NCBI RefSeq assembly: GCF_018977255.1
Contig: NW_024704742.1
Location: forward strand, 116,562,001-116,626,000
DNA length: 64,000 bases
Direction of reading: 5' to 3'
From: Callorhinchus milii
Taxonomy: Eukaryota
Every line of letters starts with the position of its first letter. Position 1 is the stretch's first letter. Below the pieces are notes generated by a model. It saw only the letters and a list, made by a program, of their open reading frames with translations, had not been told where the DNA came from and searched no databases. Below, one piece after another: positions 34,301 to 48,249 of this stretch. The position numbers and the translations under genes were made by a program.

Positions 34301-37300
34301 ATTGTTCATAGAGTGAATACAATAATAATAACTTGCACTTATGTAGCGTTCTCCACGCAGAGTAGCATCTCAGAGTGCTTAACAGTGGCATAGTCTGACT
34401 CCGAGCCAGCAGGCAGGTGAACATAAGCACAGTCAAAAATGAGGGTTTTCAGGCTGGACTTGAAAAAGAAGAGAGAGGGGGCAAGGCGGAGGGATTGAGG
34501 GAGAGTGTTCCATAGTTTCCGGGCATAGTGGCTGAAAGCGCAACCTCTAATGGTGGAATGGAGGCTGGTGCCAGTCAAGCGGGTGGTGGATTGGGGAGTG
34601 AGGAGGTCAAGAGAGATAGGGAGGTGCCAGGGAGTGAAGGGATTTGAACACGAGTGTAAGGATCTTGAAATTAATCCATTCAGTAATGGGGAGCCAGTGG
34701 AGTCTGGTCAGAACTGGTGAGATGGAGGTACAGAGTTTGGTCTGGGTAAGTACTCAGGCAGCAGAGTGCTGAATAACAAGAAATTACACTTGTATAGCGC
34801 CATTCACGTCAGAAAGATGCCCTGGAGGGTCAGGGTTTTTTGGACCCGAGTTGGAGTTTGTTGGATCCAAGCTGGGGTCAGGGGTTGGGGTGGAAGCGTT
34901 GCCGAAGTACGGCCGAAGAGGAAGGTTTTTAGACGGGACTTGAAGGAGGCAAGAGAGGGGTGAGTTGGAGGGATTGCAGGATAGAGTTCTGGTGTGTGGG
35001 GGCAGAGATGCTGAATGCCCAACCACCAATGGTGGGGCAGGAAGTGTGGGGGACCTGAAGCAGCCCGATGTCAGCCAAACGGAGGGAGTGGACAGCGTTG
35101 ATATGGGGTTAGGAGGTCGGAGACGTAGTGGGGAGAAAAACCCTGGAAGGCTTTGAAGGTGAGAACGAGGGCTTTCTACTCAATTCTCTGAGGGATGGGG
35201 AGCATACAAATAATTCTCTATGGAATACAGATTTTCCATAGAAATTGCTAGCACACATGATTATATGGGGAATACCTGGCAAGACAATTTTTTTTAATTA
35301 CCTCATCAGTTTAGTTCTGTTACAGTGTGTTATAAATCTCTCAGGTTCTTGAGATCATTAAATAACATGCAGTAGTTGAATATAAAGTCTATATATACGT
35401 TTCGCCCACAAAATACAGTCAATCCACTTTGGAATATATCCTGTGAAGCACTTTCAGATATCTCAGCGACATGATAGTGTTATTATCAAATTCAAAGATT
35501 AATATAAACCAGCTTTAAAAGCCAGGTGACCCTGGCACAGAAGGCTTGTCAGGAGGCCATAGCTAGCAGTATTAAATTGTATAAAAATGTTTACACCAAC
35601 TGAGGTGATTAGTTTCAACTTCATTCTTCATTTTAGAAACTTTTTTAAAAATCGCTCAATGAATAGTTGGAATCCATATTTAGGCCACATTTCAATCAGT
35701 CACTATGCCCCGAAACTCTGGAACTTTCTCCCTCAATCCCTCCGCCTTGTCGCCTCCCTCCACACTTTAAAAACCTTCTTTTGTGATCGTGCTTACAATC
35801 CACTCTCCTCCTGGCTCAGTGTCAGACTCCGCCTTCCTCACTCCCTTCACCTCACCCCCTCTCTTCCTATTTTCAGGTCTCGGCTGAGGACTTTTCTTTT
35901 CGACCGCGCCTTTGGTCACCTTCCTCGCCCTCCCCCTGGCTCGGCCCCGGGATCCGTTACTGTGAAGCGCTCTGAGGCGCCGTCCGGTGTGGAGGGCGCT
36001 ATATAAATCCAAGTTGTTGTTGTTGTAATTACTTTTCACTTCTCTAGGGAAAATGTGTATGTTTGGACACTAGGAACAAGCAGGGCTCGGCTGTGGTAGT
36101 CTCAGCAATTGTTAACCTATTTATCCAATGTACAGGCACCAAATTCAGATACTAGAGGTTCACACTCAATTGCAAGGTTTCCTGCATTCAGAAGAAGTAA
36201 AGAAAGAACTGGTGAAGGAAAGGGAATACAGAACAATAAATTCTACTTGAAGGATGGTTATGACAAACCGCTTTCAGCAGTAAAATAATGGACCAAATAA
36301 TAATGGGATTTGAGCTTGGCAGAGGAGAGTCAGACATAGTATTTTGTACATATTGGTTGGTTTCAGAGCAGCATTGATTGAACCCCTTGAGAGCAGGTCG
36401 CGTTTTCATTTGCATAGCCATTGCTCGTGTGTGACACAAAGAGTGAGATTAGAGGTGGAGTGGTACATCCTGTGTTGTTGCTGGTAATGATTTTGAGAAA
36501 ACTGTTGTCATTGTGTAGTGAAAACAGCACTATTGCACAATGCTCAGCTGTTTTCCCTCGCCAGAAGTAAAAACAATGCTTCATTAAGACAGTCTCTTTT
36601 TAAGAAAAAAACCTGTGCTTTCAGCAGTAGAATTAAATTCTTTGGCTGAGAGCTTTACTCCCACAATTAAGATTTTCATTCTGTAATAGTAAGTTCACTG
36701 GTACTTGGTTTGGGATTTTAATGGCCTTGTGGCTCCATCGCGTAAGAAGGATCTCAAGAACGTATGGTTTGCAAAGGAAGAGCGGCAAATATATTTTTTT
36801 AGAAAATTACAAGGAATGCAAAATAATTTCTCATGAATTCTAAGTTTTCATTGCTCATTTGATCCCTGCAGCATCAAGATGCATGAACAGAGAAACACAA
36901 AAAAGAAGAATGATGATAACACACCCAAAGGAGCCGTTCCACCATATCTGCTTGACAGAGAGGGCCAATCCCGGGCTAAAGTTCTCTCCAACATGATCAA
37001 GCAAAAGAGAAAAGAGAAAGCTGTAAGTCAAGAAATAGAAAGATTCTTGCATAAGTGCTAAAGGTGCCTTTTGAGAGGGTAACTTGTTCCTTTGGAAGGA
37101 ATACAAACATTAGTAAGTGATGTTGGGTTTATAGTGATGTTCATTAGATAGTTCTTAGAATGTGGAATACTTTGTACAAGTGGCTATTGAGGCTGGGGTC
37201 ATAACATTTATATGAAAATGGATAGATATTTGAAGAGTGACATAAAATGGTACAGGGAATTGGGCTGAATGGTGTTTGAAAAACAACGCATTACTGTGCT

Positions 37301-40300
37301 GTTTGCTCATCTGACAAAAATCCAAGAAAAGACACCCAAAAGAAAGCATTTCACCTCGATCCCAATTTTTCTCTGTCTTTATGCGAGACACTGTCATGCT
37401 GTGGTGCGATATTGTAGATGAAAAGTTTCCACGACCGCTGATACAGCACCATTGAACAATCTCCCATTTTTTTTCACTCTCTGACATTTCACTTACCTTC
37501 TCTACTGGTGTTACAACCTTCTGGGCCTTGTCCAAGTGGCCATTCTTTATATGTGAGCAATGTCAGTGGGCGAGTCAGAATTTGTCCAGAGCTGAAGCCC
37601 GCACAAATTGCCCTTTGTGGATCACTGAGAAGTGTAGACATTTTTAATCCTTTTTTTCCTTGCCTCAAGGATTATTACCATTGTTTTAGCTGATATGAGC
37701 TAGCTATACACATAGGAGGGATTGAAGCTGAAACCTTCTTGATCTCTGTGGGTGTCGCACTTGTGGTGTACTAATGTAAACCGTGGGGAAGTTTGATTTT
37801 CTGTATGAATAACTGGTCAATGTTTTCTTTACTCTCCACGAATAAAGACTGACATTGCCCAATTGTGTGAGTGGAAAGAGGATGTATTCTGTAACATATT
37901 ACAAATATTTTAAAAAGTGTTGAGGAGGACAGTTTTATTAGGGAAGGGAACACATTGCTCTTTGTGAAAAAGTTTCATAAAATGTAATTGTACTTTTTAA
38001 GGTACTTTATAGAGTTGCAGTGCTAATTTGAAATTGTGAATCATTCCTTGGCAGGGTAAATGGGAAGTCCCGCTGCCCAAAGTCCGTGCCCAAGGTGAAA
38101 CTGAGGTATTGAAAGTTATCCGAACGGGAAAGAGGAGAAAGAAGGCCTGGAAGAGAATGGTCACTAAAGTCTGCTTTGTTGGTGATGGATTCACTCGGAA
38201 ACCACCCAAATATGAAAGATTCATTAGGCCTATGGTGAGTTACAGACTTTCTTTGAAGAAGGGATTTCATGTTCGCTTTGGTTTGGTACTTTTGAATTTG
38301 TACACTGAATTAGATGATTTTGCTAAGTATTGATATGAAGATGCTATTCTAGAAATGGGCAGTAAAACCCTAATTAAATATTATCCAGTCTGTTTCTTAA
38401 CAGTAATAATATTTGTATTTGCTTTTATTTTGAAACATCTTCCCAGGATTTTCTGTAAATGTTGCAACTGTGTATTTGTAGGTGAACATGGCTTCCAATT
38501 CGCACACATCAGCATCTCACAAATGAACATGAAGTGACCAATTTTTTTTTACCTGGGTGATTATTGCCAGGACACTGGGAGAATCTCCCTTTTTGAATGG
38601 TACCACACGATCTTTTATGCCACCTCAACAAGCAGACTCAGTTTAATGACAATATAGTGCTTCTCCAGCACTGCGCTGGAGTGTCAGCCAAGACTCTTGA
38701 GGCCAAAGTCCTGACATGGGCTTGAACCCACAACCTTCTGATTCAAGAAATCAGAGTGACCGTAACAGGCAGCCAGATCCAGGCTGATATCTCTCACGTG
38801 TTTTAGACAAAACTTTTCACGTCTGCTTATGAAGCTACTTGTCCATACATGACAATTATATGTTCCAGTAATCCGTTCACAGAATTGTGTGATTGATGTA
38901 TGTTATAGTAATCGGCTAATTCACAGTATATTCTCCATCCCAAAGTTACTTGAAATAGCATGTCCAACAACTTGCATTTATATTCATGCGGGGCAGGGTC
39001 TCTGAGCACTTAACAGTGGCTGAGCCTGATGAGGGGGAAGTGGGGAGGGTAGAGGACGAGGTCACTCTTACTTCTTGTAATCCAGTAACATTGCTTCACA
39101 TTAGAGAAACTTTTTTTGTCTCGGTTGGGGCTCCTTTGCTGTAAAACTGGAATGATAAACAGTTGTACTTTGTTTTAGGGTTTACGTTTTAAGAAGGCGC
39201 ACGTTACCCATCCCGAACTGAAAGCAACATTCTGTTTACCCATCCTTGCCGTAAAGAAGAACCCATCATCGCCTTTATATACAACATTAGGTAAAGTAAC
39301 TATTAAACAGAGATGCCTAATCAATAAAATTAATTCTTGTGTATAACCAGGCTTTGTGAGAAAGATTGACTGGAAAACAGCCTTTCTGAAAATTCATGCT
39401 AATGTTTTACCAGGTAACTGCAACATGTGATGAATTGATTAGGAGATATGTACATTTTTAATTCTGAAGAGGTAGTTTTCTTGAAATCAGACTAATGCTC
39501 AGCTAAATTGTTTCTAAAGAGGTATTTATTAATGTTTATAGCCAGAAAGAAGCAGACTATAAAGGTTGAAATCCCTTGCAATTTTTTTAAAATCACAGCC
39601 GATTGACAACTGTTATGCTAGAGTAAAGTGACAATTCCCTGCACAGACGTCTTTGCAGATAAATTAATGATGTGGACATCACTTGAAATATAAATCAGCT
39701 GCAGTGCTTGCTTTCACTGCTGGTGCAATATGTGCAAAGTTATGTGCATGGTTGTTAGTATTGTGCAGCCTCATTCACGCATCCATAGAAACCTTGCACT
39801 ACAGCTTTGTATGTAAGCACATCAGTATTTTGGCAGTGTCTTGAAAGCCCCATGTTCAACTTCTACTTGGAAGACCTATGTTAATAGACAGAAGTGGATA
39901 AACACCATTCGACTGTGGTTAAATGTTTAGTGGGGAAAAAACAGATTTAAGACGTAAGGATCTATTATTTTAAGGATCCAGTCTCCCTTGTTCAAAGTGC
40001 TACTTTTAAATTCTCCATCTGTGAAGCCATTATTTAAATTTATTTAAATCAAACTGAAATTCATTGACAAATGACTGCACATTTGTTCCAGATTTAGGTG
40101 GTTTACTTAGTAATGTGTACAGTAAAAGCCTATAGCAAATCGTAAGAAGAAAAAATGTGCATTTTACAGTTGTGACTGAAATTTAGAATTTAATTCAGTT
40201 AGGTTAAGGAGGTCCACAAAACGAGATGTCTTATCTGTTTCTACGGTGCAGATCATATCTCTATGACATATCTCTGTTTACATAGAAGCAATTGTGTATG

Positions 40301-42337
40301 TGTTCAAGGCTGTTTCAGACAGTTGAAGGTCAAAGTCAAGCAAGGAGGGATTTCCCCTTGGTTATTAATCTCCATCTCAGACATTACCTGAGTTTCTCAA
40401 TGTTTATTTCTCTGCCTATAGGTGTTATTACCAAAGGTTCTGTCATAGAAGTGAACGTAAGTGAGCTTGGCCTAGTCACACAAGGAGGCAAAGTTGTTTG
40501 GGGTGAGTAATGTACAACTCATTTTAAACCTTGTACTGTTGTCTCACTTTAATACTGTAGCTGAACTCTGCAAACCCAGTCATGTCTTGGCCGTAAATTA
40601 ACTTCCAGCAATTAAAGGATTACAATTTCTGTTAAGGTTTCTGCCACTGACGATAATTTTTCCAGATGGTAGCTCATCTTGAAAAGTTTCATTTGTTGAT
40701 TTAAAATCTCAAATATTGATGAGGCAGAACTAGGGTTTGTAAATGAATGTGTTCCCCGGACAGATTATTGCAATGCTCTCAATTCACATTTCTATTACTG
40801 CCTTCAAGGCTCTTCGGTCACAGATTGCTGGCTTCCTGAGGATTGACAAAAGGTCTATAGATACCTAGCATCACTTGTTTCTTGTATTTTGGCCTGCTAA
40901 GATCCATTTGAGTCATTCGCTTGGATAGCTAGTCATTTGAAACAGGATTGCTACCCCTATTCTAATTTTTTGCTTTATGTCTGGTCTCAGTATTTTTGCT
41001 GTGCTGTATTTAAAATGTTTGGGTATTTTTAAATACCAAAAATACGTTTGTGGATAATCCTATTTTAATTCTTTCTCTCTTTGCCCGTCCCTTAAAGAAA
41101 TATTGAATGAAAGAACGGTCTGGTGTTAATGACCTTTGAACATCACCTTCACCTCTCAATACTGGGATTCAGGAGGTGGTGGGGTGGGAGGTTGTCAGCA
41201 CTATGCTTGTGCTAAACTGCTACCCACCAGGTCACCTTTCTCAGCTGTGTAAATACTGTCAGCTGTTTTGCTGAAGAGACAAGAACATTTGTTCTCTAGA
41301 AGAGTAAATTGTTATTTTTCACACTACATTTACAGTGTCCTCTGTTGACATTAAAATAATCAATCATTTGTTCACTGACTGGGAAGGTCAGTTGACGATC
41401 TTAGTTTGAACGTGATATGGTAAATCGTGTGCTTCCATCATTTTAATCTGATGCGTATTAAAGAATCAGAAATATCCTCCATTTCTGAATATGGGCACAA
41501 GTCTCCATAGACATAGACTGAGCTTCAGTTGTATGAATACTAGAGACCGTTACAGGGACCTGATCCCTCTTAATTGTACTCCAGACATCCCACTGGAGGT
41601 TGGTGTGTATTCATGGATAAATTTGTTTATTCATCAGATTATTGCTTGTCTCTCGGCTAGCACCAACCTGAACAAATCACACACTCCTTATTTTAAAATA
41701 AGAATTCCTTCAGATGTAAATTGCTTCCTGGAGTACTGTGTTTTTTTTGCTAATCTTTTGCTTTTTGCTAAACTCATTTCTTGCTATTCCAGCTGTACAA
41801 GTAGAAACGTGCTTCCTGGTAATGCAATACGTTTGAGTCCGACTTGATGAAAACATAAATATTGCCCTCATCACAGAAGTGGAGTGTCGTGCTTCCAAGT
41901 GTAACCTCCACTGTACTAACTTAAACCATTCCCTAGTGCTGTTGCACTTTTTCCTTGTGTGGTTCCTGTTTAGTTGTAGTTCCATTCAAAACGTTGGAAA
42001 ATGTTTTAGCCTATAGAGACTGGGAATATGCTCTTCCTGCTGGTTTATATTTGTTCAAAATCAACTGAAATTTAATGGCTTCAATGTTCAACAGTCTACA
42101 AACACTTCAGGGAACTGATTAGCTTTCTGCTAAACATCATGTATTGAATCTGCCAAAAATAATATTGTAAGTTATATTAATAGCATAACACTTGGCTGTT
42201 TTTGTGTAAAGTGCTGTTGTGAAACTAGAGTGTCCAAGAACCAAACTGATGTTTCCTCTTCTTCCTCAGGTAAATTTGCTCAAGTGACCAATAACCCTGA
42301 AAACGACGGCTGCATTAATGCAGTTCTGCTTGTTTAA
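31311..42337 (+). CDS. NSA2: NSA2 ribosome biogenesis protein (pre-60S), complete spliced CDS, 7 exons, 783 nt / 260 aa
   Basis: join 31311-31313, 33105-33292, 36872-37022, 38055-38234, 39179-39290, 40422-40502, 42270-42337; [22 protein letters not shown] ... [18 protein letters not shown]; all GT-AG. Confidence 0.97.
31586..31608. repeat. (GT)n microsatellite in NSA2 intron 1
   Basis: direct. Confidence 0.9.
31686..32012 (+). mobile_element. full-length tRNA(Ala-like)-headed SINE with DeuSINE-type body and L2-like tail; 3' part repeated at ~32111-32205
   Basis: A box tagctcagttg, B box gagttcaattc, body tgtgggacattgctgtgcgcaattggctgccgcg, tail aaatgcaaggatt(att)n. Confidence 0.9.
33105..33292 (+). 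CDS. NSA2: NSA2 exon 2
   Basis: [35 protein letters not shown]...QMKKT. Confidence 0.97.
34320..35200 (-). mobile_element. two tandem degenerate L2 3' fragments
   Basis: [15 protein letters not shown] and [11 protein letters not shown] translations; tails at ~34320 and ~34772. Confidence 0.8.
35700..36026 (+). mobile_element. L2 3' fragments
   Basis: [14 protein letters not shown]...[10 protein letters not shown], (TTG)n tail. Confidence 0.8.
36872..37022 (+). CDS. NSA2: NSA2 exon 3
   Basis: IKMHEQRN...[11 protein letters not shown]...[15 protein letters not shown]. Confidence 0.97.
38055..38234 (+). CDS. NSA2: NSA2 exon 4
   Basis: [10 protein letters not shown]...[31 protein letters not shown]. 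Confidence 0.97.
39179..39290 (+). CDS. NSA2: NSA2 exon 5
   Basis: [37 protein letters not shown]. Confidence 0.97.
40422..40502 (+). CDS. NSA2: NSA2 exon 6
   Basis: [27 protein letters not shown]. Confidence 0.97.
42270..42337 (+). CDS. NSA2: NSA2 exon 7
   Basis: [22 protein letters not shown]. Confidence 0.97.
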
Positions 42338-42368
42338 AATCATCAGGACACAGAACTGTACCATGAAC

Positions 42369-42615
42369 AATAAACAGACTGGATTTTTAATTTGTAATGT
42401 TATTCTCCAGGGATGGATTTTGAAAGCTGAATTTTGACCTTATGCAAGATGCCAACCTTCCTGTGGAAGAGTAATGACTGGACCATAAGAAATACTTAAT
42501 AGTATTTGTGCTATAATGGGTGTGGGTCCAGGAATTTACAGCATTTTGTATAGCCTTAATGTATTCGTTTAATTTCTTTATCAAATAACATCATGCTGAA
42601 GGCCGAGACAATAAA
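42369..42615 (+). terminator. NSA2 candidate polyadenylation signals (AATAAA at 42369-42374 and 42610-42615)
   Basis: canonical hexamers after the stop; GT-rich tract (cttgtttttagtgtgt) follows the distal one. Confidence 0.6.
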
Positions 42616-44759
42616 CTGAACCAGTTTTCAGATTATTCTGACTTGTTTTTAGTGTGTCAGACGTATAGCTTGTAATAAGCAAACAACTGGCACAGCCTCA
42701 ATATAGCTTTTTGTATTGCCAAATTTGTGATTTGGGACAGCACTCCTGACTTAAGTGAAGGTGGATAGCGGTGAAATCTGAAGCCTATACTTCTCCAACT
42801 CCACCTTTCTGCCTGTACCCACAACTCCAAGACCACTGTTGTCAGAAAGGCAATCTGCTGAACAAGTCCTGGATAAGCCTCAACTTTCTCTGACTCAGTG
42901 TAAACAAAACTCAGGTTATTTTGCTCAATTCCTATAAGCGCTTCTTCAAGTCTAACTGGATCCACTAAAGCCCATAGAGCCTGAGAAACCTCAGCCTTCT
43001 TTCAAATCTACTCTTGTCTTTTTTCTGGCCTCTGACCAAGTCTGCTTTCCTTTATCTGCCTGTGCCAGTTTCACCCCCAATACAAAAGCTGTAGATCATC
43101 CAGAACTCTAGCCATATTTCTTTCCTGCACCAGACTGTAAGCCCTTCCTTGTCAGCTGGCTCCATAGCCCCACTGGATCAACTTCAGGATCCTATTCCTT
43201 GCCCAACTACCCCATGACTTTGCCCCACAATAGTGCAATATTCTACCTCCACTCCTCAGTCACTGTCTACCATTTCTGTGCTGCTTTATGCCCTCTTCCC
43301 CATCATCACAAGCTTTCGTGCACTTTGAAACTTCTAAAATCACACTGCCTTGTTCCCTTCCCTCTGCCTTCAAAATCCATCTAAGCTGTGCCCATAACCA
43401 TTCCCTCATCTTATTCCTACTTGGGCTTCCACTTGTAAAATGTGTTAAGTTCTCCAGCTTGAAAGGCAAATTGTTATTACTGATTCACACATAAGTAAGC
43501 AATTCATAAGTAAGTATTCTCACAAAGTAAGCAATTATTGTAATTAGATTTGATGCTTTTGAAACTAATGATGTAACTCAGGGGCTTTAGTCCTTAATTA
43601 TTTACACAAACAACATAATGTAAACATTATTTACACAAGCAATATCAGATCACATTTTAAACTGAAAAAGCACTTGTTGCCATGTGCTAGAACTGCAGCA
43701 CAGGACGAGTTGAGCAAATGCATTCGTTGATGGTTGATAGAAACACAGAGATGGAAGTACATTTTTTTCCTCGCTTCCTCACTGGGACTTGCAAGCTTCT
43801 ATAGAAGGAATAAATGTTCATTGAATATCACCTGTTCCAAGTAATGGCTAATGCTGCCTTGTAACACAACATTGAAGGGACAGGGTTCCAGAGGATAACA
43901 ATGTCAATAATTCAAATGGAAGAAAGCACCGGATGAAACGATCATGAATGCTTCCTGGACTTTACGAACTGAAGTAGGTCAAATATGATGTTAAAAATAA
44001 GTGGAGAAAAAAAATTGTGCAAAACTCTAAGCTCATGTGTGATGTAAACACACATTCAATATCCAACCTTTCATACATCTACCTTTGCATATATTGTCTT
44101 TTACTCTTCACCTTTCTTAAAAGGACAAATGCCTTGTAAGTGTGCAATATCTGTCTGCCATATCCTTTTGCTTGGGTACGTGATCTACTAGTGTGTATCA
44201 CTACAATGCACTTAGTAAAATATTTGCACCATGCTCTCACTTTAGCAAAATATTCAATGCTAAGAGGCAAAATACCACTTCTATATCTTGTGGTCAGGCT
44301 TATATACAATTCACTGAAGATCAGAAAATCATGACAATATGGCCATTTTTATTTTGATGATTATAAACAATACAGCAGAAAAGCACCATTACTTCAGACT
44401 TGGGATAGATTTGGTGAATGTTTTAAAAGTCTCGGTAAAAATTTGGAGCTGGGTGTATAAAAAGGACTGCAACAAATGTGGTAATTACCATTACAGCTGA
44501 GAATTAGTTCACTGATTTTAAAAAAAATGCTTTTTGTAAGAGTCTGTACTAATAGCCTGGTCAGACAAGCTGACTAAGGTCATAACCTGGACCAATGGAA
44601 AAGTGCGGCCGCAATTTTTCCACAGAATCTGCTATAAACCGGGCTTCTGCCAGTTTATCCAATGCAACTGTGGGCTGAGAAGCTCCAGACACACGTGCAG
44701 GGTATGGCACGAGCAGGAAATGGGCTTCACTCCACTCGAAAGCTCCACTGTTGAGTGCG

Positions 44760-45092
44760 TCTCCTCTGTGTGTGTGTCTGTCTCTCCTTTGTATGGGACG
44801 TCCTCCCGACATGAAAGGTACTATACAAATGTGATCTTGTTGTTGTATGTATGTATGTATGTATGCGTTTGTAGATGTGTCTGTGTGCGTCTCTTCTATG
44901 TGTGTGTGTGTGTTTGAGTGTCTATGAAGGTAGATCTCTCCGAGTGTGTATCTCTCTGAGAATATGCATCTCTCTGTGCCTGAGTGTGTGTGTCTCTCTG
45001 TGTCTGTGTTCGTGTGTCTCTCTGTGTCTGTGTTTGTGTGTCTCTCTGTGTCTGTGTTCATGTTCCTTTCTCTGGGTCACTGCCTGTGTGTG
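44760..45092. repeat. compound (GT)/(CT)/(GTAT) microsatellite with a 24-bp unit repeated ~3 times
   Basis: gtgtgtctctctgtgtctgtgtt units. Confidence 0.85.
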
Positions 45093-48000
45093 GTGCTGGG
45101 CCCCCAGAAGCAGGAGATGGTGAACTCCTGTAGCCCCACAGTCAAGACATTGGTCCTGATTGTGGTTTTTGGTGGATCTCCAGGTGGTGTCCCATGCCGC
45201 CCCACCCAGTTTTTGTTATAGAAGAAATTAATAACAATGTGTTATTTTCTCATTTTTAGTTTTATCAATGAAGTGAAAAAATGAAGGTTGGCAGTAAAAT
45301 GTACCTTAATAGCACCAATCAACTCCCTGCAATTTTCCACAAAAATTGTCAAATTTCCCTGTACTTTTTGGCAAATATTTCTGCACTTTTCTATTTGCCC
45401 AGGTCATAACAACCAGCCCTGCTTTCCTAGTGGATGGAAAGCCTAATATTGCATCCTGGGAATTGTTTGTGAAAAGATCACACAAATTAGTCCCCAGAAA
45501 CACGTTAGTTATTCTTACAGCATAGTCACTGTTAAGTAACAAAGACTGACAATATCATTGTACTTGCACAATTAAATATAGCACACATATTGGGAGTAAA
45601 ACTATTTTTCTGAGAAGCCAAGGAAACCAATTTGCTTACCCATTATGAAGTGGCAAACAATATGGCATTCAGCTGCAAGGCATCCATAATGCAAGCAATA
45701 TTATTCAATCAGACTATATTTTATGGGTCTTATCAGTTCCCTTTGTCAGACTTACTACTGCTAACTAGTGCTGCATATTAAATACCATTCGTGTTGGTGC
45801 AGTGGCACAGAGTGCTGGGATGGGGATTTGAACCCTGGCTTCCTATATACTGAGTCCCCACAACAACAAATTACATTTGTATAGCGCCTTTCACGTCAGG
45901 AGGACATCCCAAGGCGCTGGCAGCAAAGATTCCCGATGAATGCTTGTCTACCATCTTCCAGCGAATGTCAAGGCAGCATTCATGGAGCCCCAGAGCTGGC
46001 TGCACAACTGTCCCTTCAGTTGGTCCTTTTTGCTGCAGGAAAAGGAACATCTAGGGGGAATCCCCTCACCCACAGCCATCAGTCTTGTGATACACTTTGT
46101 TAGTATGCTCTATTACAGCAAGATCTCTTACACTGGAGATACCTTACGCTGTTACATCCTAGTTAGGTCCCCTTAGAGCAGATGCTTCCCCTGAGGCAGC
46201 ATAAATCTGTCATTCCACTACCGACTGGAAATGAGATGACAGAGGATTTAGTAGCAGGGATATATGTAACAGGTAGCAGGGATATATAAAAAGCTTTTTT
46301 TGGGGTGGGGTGTGGTGACGAAATAAAACTCAAATAGTCTAAAACCAATTGGAAATTATAAACTCAAGAAGCAGAAAGAATACAAATTTTGCACATTGTA
46401 ACCACAAACAAAACATCAACACAAGTTATAATTCCCTGCACCTTTAAAGCAGAGATTGATCTTATGACTGCCTTTCCACAGCCACAAACTTCTCACCTCA
46501 GAAACTTAGAAAATGCTTTATAAGATTTTCATCGAACTTGATAAATGATTTCCTTTCAGCGTTTTCTTTTGACCGCACGGGGGTGATAGACCTACAAGGA
46601 GACAAAATGAGGAGCTATAATTATATTGAAAAAAGCAAGCTGGGAACGGTCTGTAGCACTTTCTCAATTGCCCTTAGCAAACAAAAAAAATGTCCCTTTC
46701 TTAGATTTTAATCTGTATTGGCTGAACCATAGTTTACAAGACATCTTTAACTTGTGTAGGGTAGTTTGCCAGCAATTATTTGTGTGGGGTGGAATCTATG
46801 CTTCCATTTTTTATTGGGGAAAGAAAAAAGAAATGAATAGAGTTCTGGGAGTCGCTCTTAGCTGTGTTCAGTGTAAGGTGATTAGAGAACTGCATCAACA
46901 AATGCTCTCTCAATGGCTTAGGGGTAAAGGCACAGACCAGGGCAGGACCAGACCTTAGAAACCTGAAATGGAGTTTCAAATCTTGGCCTGTGCTATTCAG
47001 TGTGGGGCAAAGTTTCTGCTCCTGATCGCTATGCAGAGATCCATGGAAACGGGTGATGGTGAAGATGGGACCAAGCTTGGCTCTGATATTCTTGCAGTCA
47101 AATAGCCTGTCAACATTATGGCCGAGTCTTGGGCATTAATAATGGATGTTTGAGTGAAGCAGAGATAAAACGTCTTCAGTGATGAGAGAGAAAGTTTGTG
47201 GCTAAATAACACAATAGATAGCACTCGTGTTGTACACTGATTTTACTGTAATGCCATCAGGCTAAAGAAAAGAGCTTGTTTGGGAATAAAATAGTTCAAC
47301 TATTTCTGCTATTTTAGGTTCTGGTATCCAATAGTTGTCAATTCACATTAATCATTTCAAAATTCATGCAGTTCAAAAGTCAGTTTATCCACAAGAACTA
47401 CCTACACAGTCACTACACTTAATTACCTGTAATTGACATTAAAACATGACAAGATCTATACCTTGGCAAGGATTATTTTATATTACTGCACTGAATATAC
47501 CCGACAGACTTATCCTCTAAAACCACCCAATTAATTGGAGTGTTTTCATTGCCGCATTACAACTCAGACTTGAAGTGATCCAAGAATGATTTTGGAAAAC
47601 AACTTGCTTCATTCATAATTAAAGTTTCATTTTTTAAAAAAAAACTTATCTCTTGCAGGTTGAATTAATCCTGTCTACCATTGTTATTTATCCTGCAGTA
47701 ATTCTAAATTAGTACGGCAGTCCAGATACAAATTAAAAAGGAGTTGGTTTATGGTAATGATTGACAGTTCTGCAGTCGGGCCACAGCAAACATCAGTCTC
47801 AGCACCAAATGAATTTAAGAATGTGGCAGACATGATCGGTTGTAGTCGGCAGCTCCAGACATTGTGAAACCAAATCACCAACAGCAAGGATTTATTGTTT
47901 GATTTCCAGTACTGAACTATAGGTCGGATTTGACTAGGATTTTTTTGTGTGCTGAAACATTTTAAGAGTTAGAAGCTGTGAAACATTTTAAGAGTTAAAA

Positions 48001-48249
48001 GCTACAAAGCTTTTACAGAGTTAATCTTGATACCAATGAGAAGATACAAATAGTGCGACTCAGTCAGTATCATTCTCACCTCTGAGTCCCATATCAGTAC
48101 TTGACCTCATCATTTAGTCTGACATCAAATGCAGAGGGGTGTGGGTGGAGATGATCATTTGGTCATTAATTTTGTGGCATGGATTAATTGCCATGTTTGG
48201 TCACATAAGTCACATAAGTCATCGCACTTCAAAGGAACTCATCTTGTAC

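Noticed and set aside
39427..39467. Box C (GTGATGA) and box D (CTGA) in NSA2 intron 5 suggesting a snoRNA
   Set aside because: Only ~40 nt apart, no terminal stem or recognisable guide
42657..43470. 102-aa - strand ORF and pyrimidine-rich stretch downstream of NSA2
   Set aside because: No recognisable protein; the adjacent stretch contains an old L2-like signature (ctggctccatagccccactggatcaacttcaggatcct)
44561..45221. ORFs with TDTERH or CVSLCL repeats
   Set aside because: Translations of a compound microsatellite
47950..48025. ~25-bp direct repeats (gaaacattttaagagtta)
   Set aside because: Short local tandem duplication with no unique spacers; not CRISPR-like, and the DNA is eukaryotic
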